From: Rhodoferax sp.
GTDB taxonomy: Bacteria; Pseudomonadota; Gammaproteobacteria; Burkholderiales; Burkholderiaceae_C
Assembly (NCBI GenBank): GCA_017880985.1
Contig: JADGRK010000001.1
Location: 1-38,058 of the forward strand
Length of the DNA stretch: 38,058 nt
Direction: 5' to 3'
Shown in pieces: positions 36,883-38,058 of this stretch (position 1 is the first letter of the stretch; each line of letters starts with the position of its first letter). Position numbers and translations under genes: made by a program. The notes beneath the pieces were generated by a model. It was not told where the DNA came from, made no database searches, and saw only the letters and a list, made by a program, of their open reading frames with translations.

Positions 36883-37392
36883 TCATTCGAGCGGTCGAAT
36901 TTCAAAATCAAAATTGACAAGATCAACCAGCAGCCAGGTCGCGGGAGCGCCGAGCCCCGCCACGCTACCCGGATTTACCAGCCACGTCATACCCCCGCCA
37001 AGGGTCGGCTGCTGTACCACGCTGGCTTCATGAGAGTGGCCACAACAAACGACGTCATAGTCACCGGTGCAGGCCAATCCGCGCGCATAGTGCGGATAGT
37101 GCGTCGCAAACAGCCTTCGGCCGGCCAAGCGCAAGTCGATATCCGGCCCGTGGTAGATGATCAGCCCAGCCGACGAACTGCACAAATTCCAGAGCGCCAC
37201 TGGGTCTCCCAGATTGTTACCATGCACCACATGGACCGGCAGCCCGAGTTGCAGCAGTGGGCGCAAAGTCATCGCGCCAATCAGATCACCGCAGTGGATG
37301 ACAAGCTCGGCCCCGGCTTTCTTTGCGGCAGTCACTGCCGCCGTCAACATCGGGGCACGATCATGACTATCAGAGACGACACAAATTTTCAT
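36883..37392 (-). CDS. YfcE-type metallophosphoesterase
   Basis: SDSHD, HCGD, GNN, GHSH, VNPGS. Confidence 0.88.
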   Translation of the reverse strand: MKICVVSDSHDRAPMLTAAVTAAKKAGAELVIHCGDLIGAMTLRPLLQLGLPVHVVHGNNLGDPVALWNLCSSSAGLIIYHGPDIDLRLAGRRLFATHYPHYARGLACTGDYDVVCCGHSHEASVVQQPTLGGGMTWLVNPGSVAGLGAPATWLLVDLVNFDFEIRPLE

Positions 37393-37402
37393 TGTGCAAG
37401 TC

Positions 37403-37819
37403 TCATATCACCAACGGCCCGTAATAATCAGCGCCGTCTGCACCGGTTGCCAAGTCAGCAGCCGTGGTCCCGCTGGAGAGGCCCTTCCTCTGGCTTGCAT
37501 GGTCGGCTTGAACGCGCAACAACGTCAACACGCAGCGCCGCAAGTCGGTGTAATCTGTATGCCCGGTTCCATACTGGTCAGCGTCGGCGTAAAAAAACTG
37601 GCAGCGATAGCGCTCCTGGGCTGTCTTGCACACCACAAAATTGGCGCCGTCCACGCTCCAATACAGCGTCGGGCAACTCGTCAATTCATCGCTGCCGGGG
37701 TCAAGCTTCAATTCGCTGTCGGCCAGCTCCGGCGACATCGGCTGGCGATAGCGTTGCCGCAAAAGCTCAGCCACGAGTTCGCACTCTTGCTCAGTGAAAT
37801 TGGAAACTGGGACATTCAC
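37403..37819 (-). CDS. Hypothetical protein, first gene of the qmo-hdr operon
   Basis: Ends 10 nt before the phosphoesterase start; start uncertain (GTG 37819 with GAGG, or 37837). Confidence 0.6.
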   Translation of the reverse strand: MNVPVSNFTEQECELVAELLRQRYRQPMSPELADSELKLDPGSDELTSCPTLYWSVDGANFVVCKTAQERYRCQFFYADADQYGTGHTDYTDLRRCVLTLLRVQADHASQRKGLSSGTTAADLATGADGADYYGPLVI

Positions 37820-37913
37820 GCATCGACCTCGATTCAAGAAACAACGTGCCCTTTTTTATCCCCTAAGAGCACGATTAAGGCGTGATTGTCAGACACGTAA
37901 ATTGATAAGTCAC

Positions 37914-37952
37914 CTACCCATAGGGACTAGCGGGGCTACCCATTCGGAGTAT
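37914..37952. promoter_or_regulatory. Phased TACCCAT operator pair upstream of the qmo-hdr operon
   Basis: TACCCAT-A-GGGACTA at 37915 and TACCCAT-T-CGGAGTA at 37937 (22 bp apart); 37935-37952 is 15/18 identical to 26073-26090. Confidence 0.6.
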
Positions 37953-38058
37953 GGTCGTAGGTGCATTTTTCTTGTTCAATCAATGTCAGTCAATCTGTGA
38001 ATCGGCATGAAACATCAACTTAGCTGACAGTCTGCGTGTCACGTCGATCAGATCGTGA

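Noticed and set aside
1-38058. Transposase, integrase, tRNA or rRNA genes
   Set aside because: None recognisable; island boundaries and mobility cannot be established from this window.

Overview
A compact oxidative sulfur-metabolism island, probably from a betaproteobacterial sulfur oxidiser (inferred from gene content and order). Left to right: fccB-like flavoprotein, Tat-exported Rieske protein, thioredoxin and a TusE/DsrC-like gene; a 7-gene minus-strand accessory operon (77-aa hypothetical, solo Cas6, Cys-less DsrC homologue, 202-aa hypothetical, TauD-like dioxygenase, HTH-ferredoxin-reductase fusion, S24 peptidase-like) divergent from a reverse-Dsr operon dsrABEFHCMKLJOPN(-DsrC-like fusion)R-cobA; a second, GC-rich DsrMK-like pair; a soluble NarX/NarL-type two-component system; sat-aprBA; and a convergent qmoAB-hdrCB-rhodanese operon. 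Three signals are not explained by the gene calls. (1) An orphan Cas6 (no other cas gene, no CRISPR array) co-occurs with a dispersed 48-nt hairpin element that sits in intergenic spacers of three different sulfur operons, always in the same orientation relative to transcription, with a compensatory base-pair change between the two full copies. (2) A shared, helically phased TACCCAT-type operator lies upstream of all three main sulfur operons, next to a Cys-rich soluble kinase and NarL-type regulator. (3) There are four DsrC-family domains with different Cys content, one fused to DsrN. No searches were run; family calls rest on recognised motifs and synteny.
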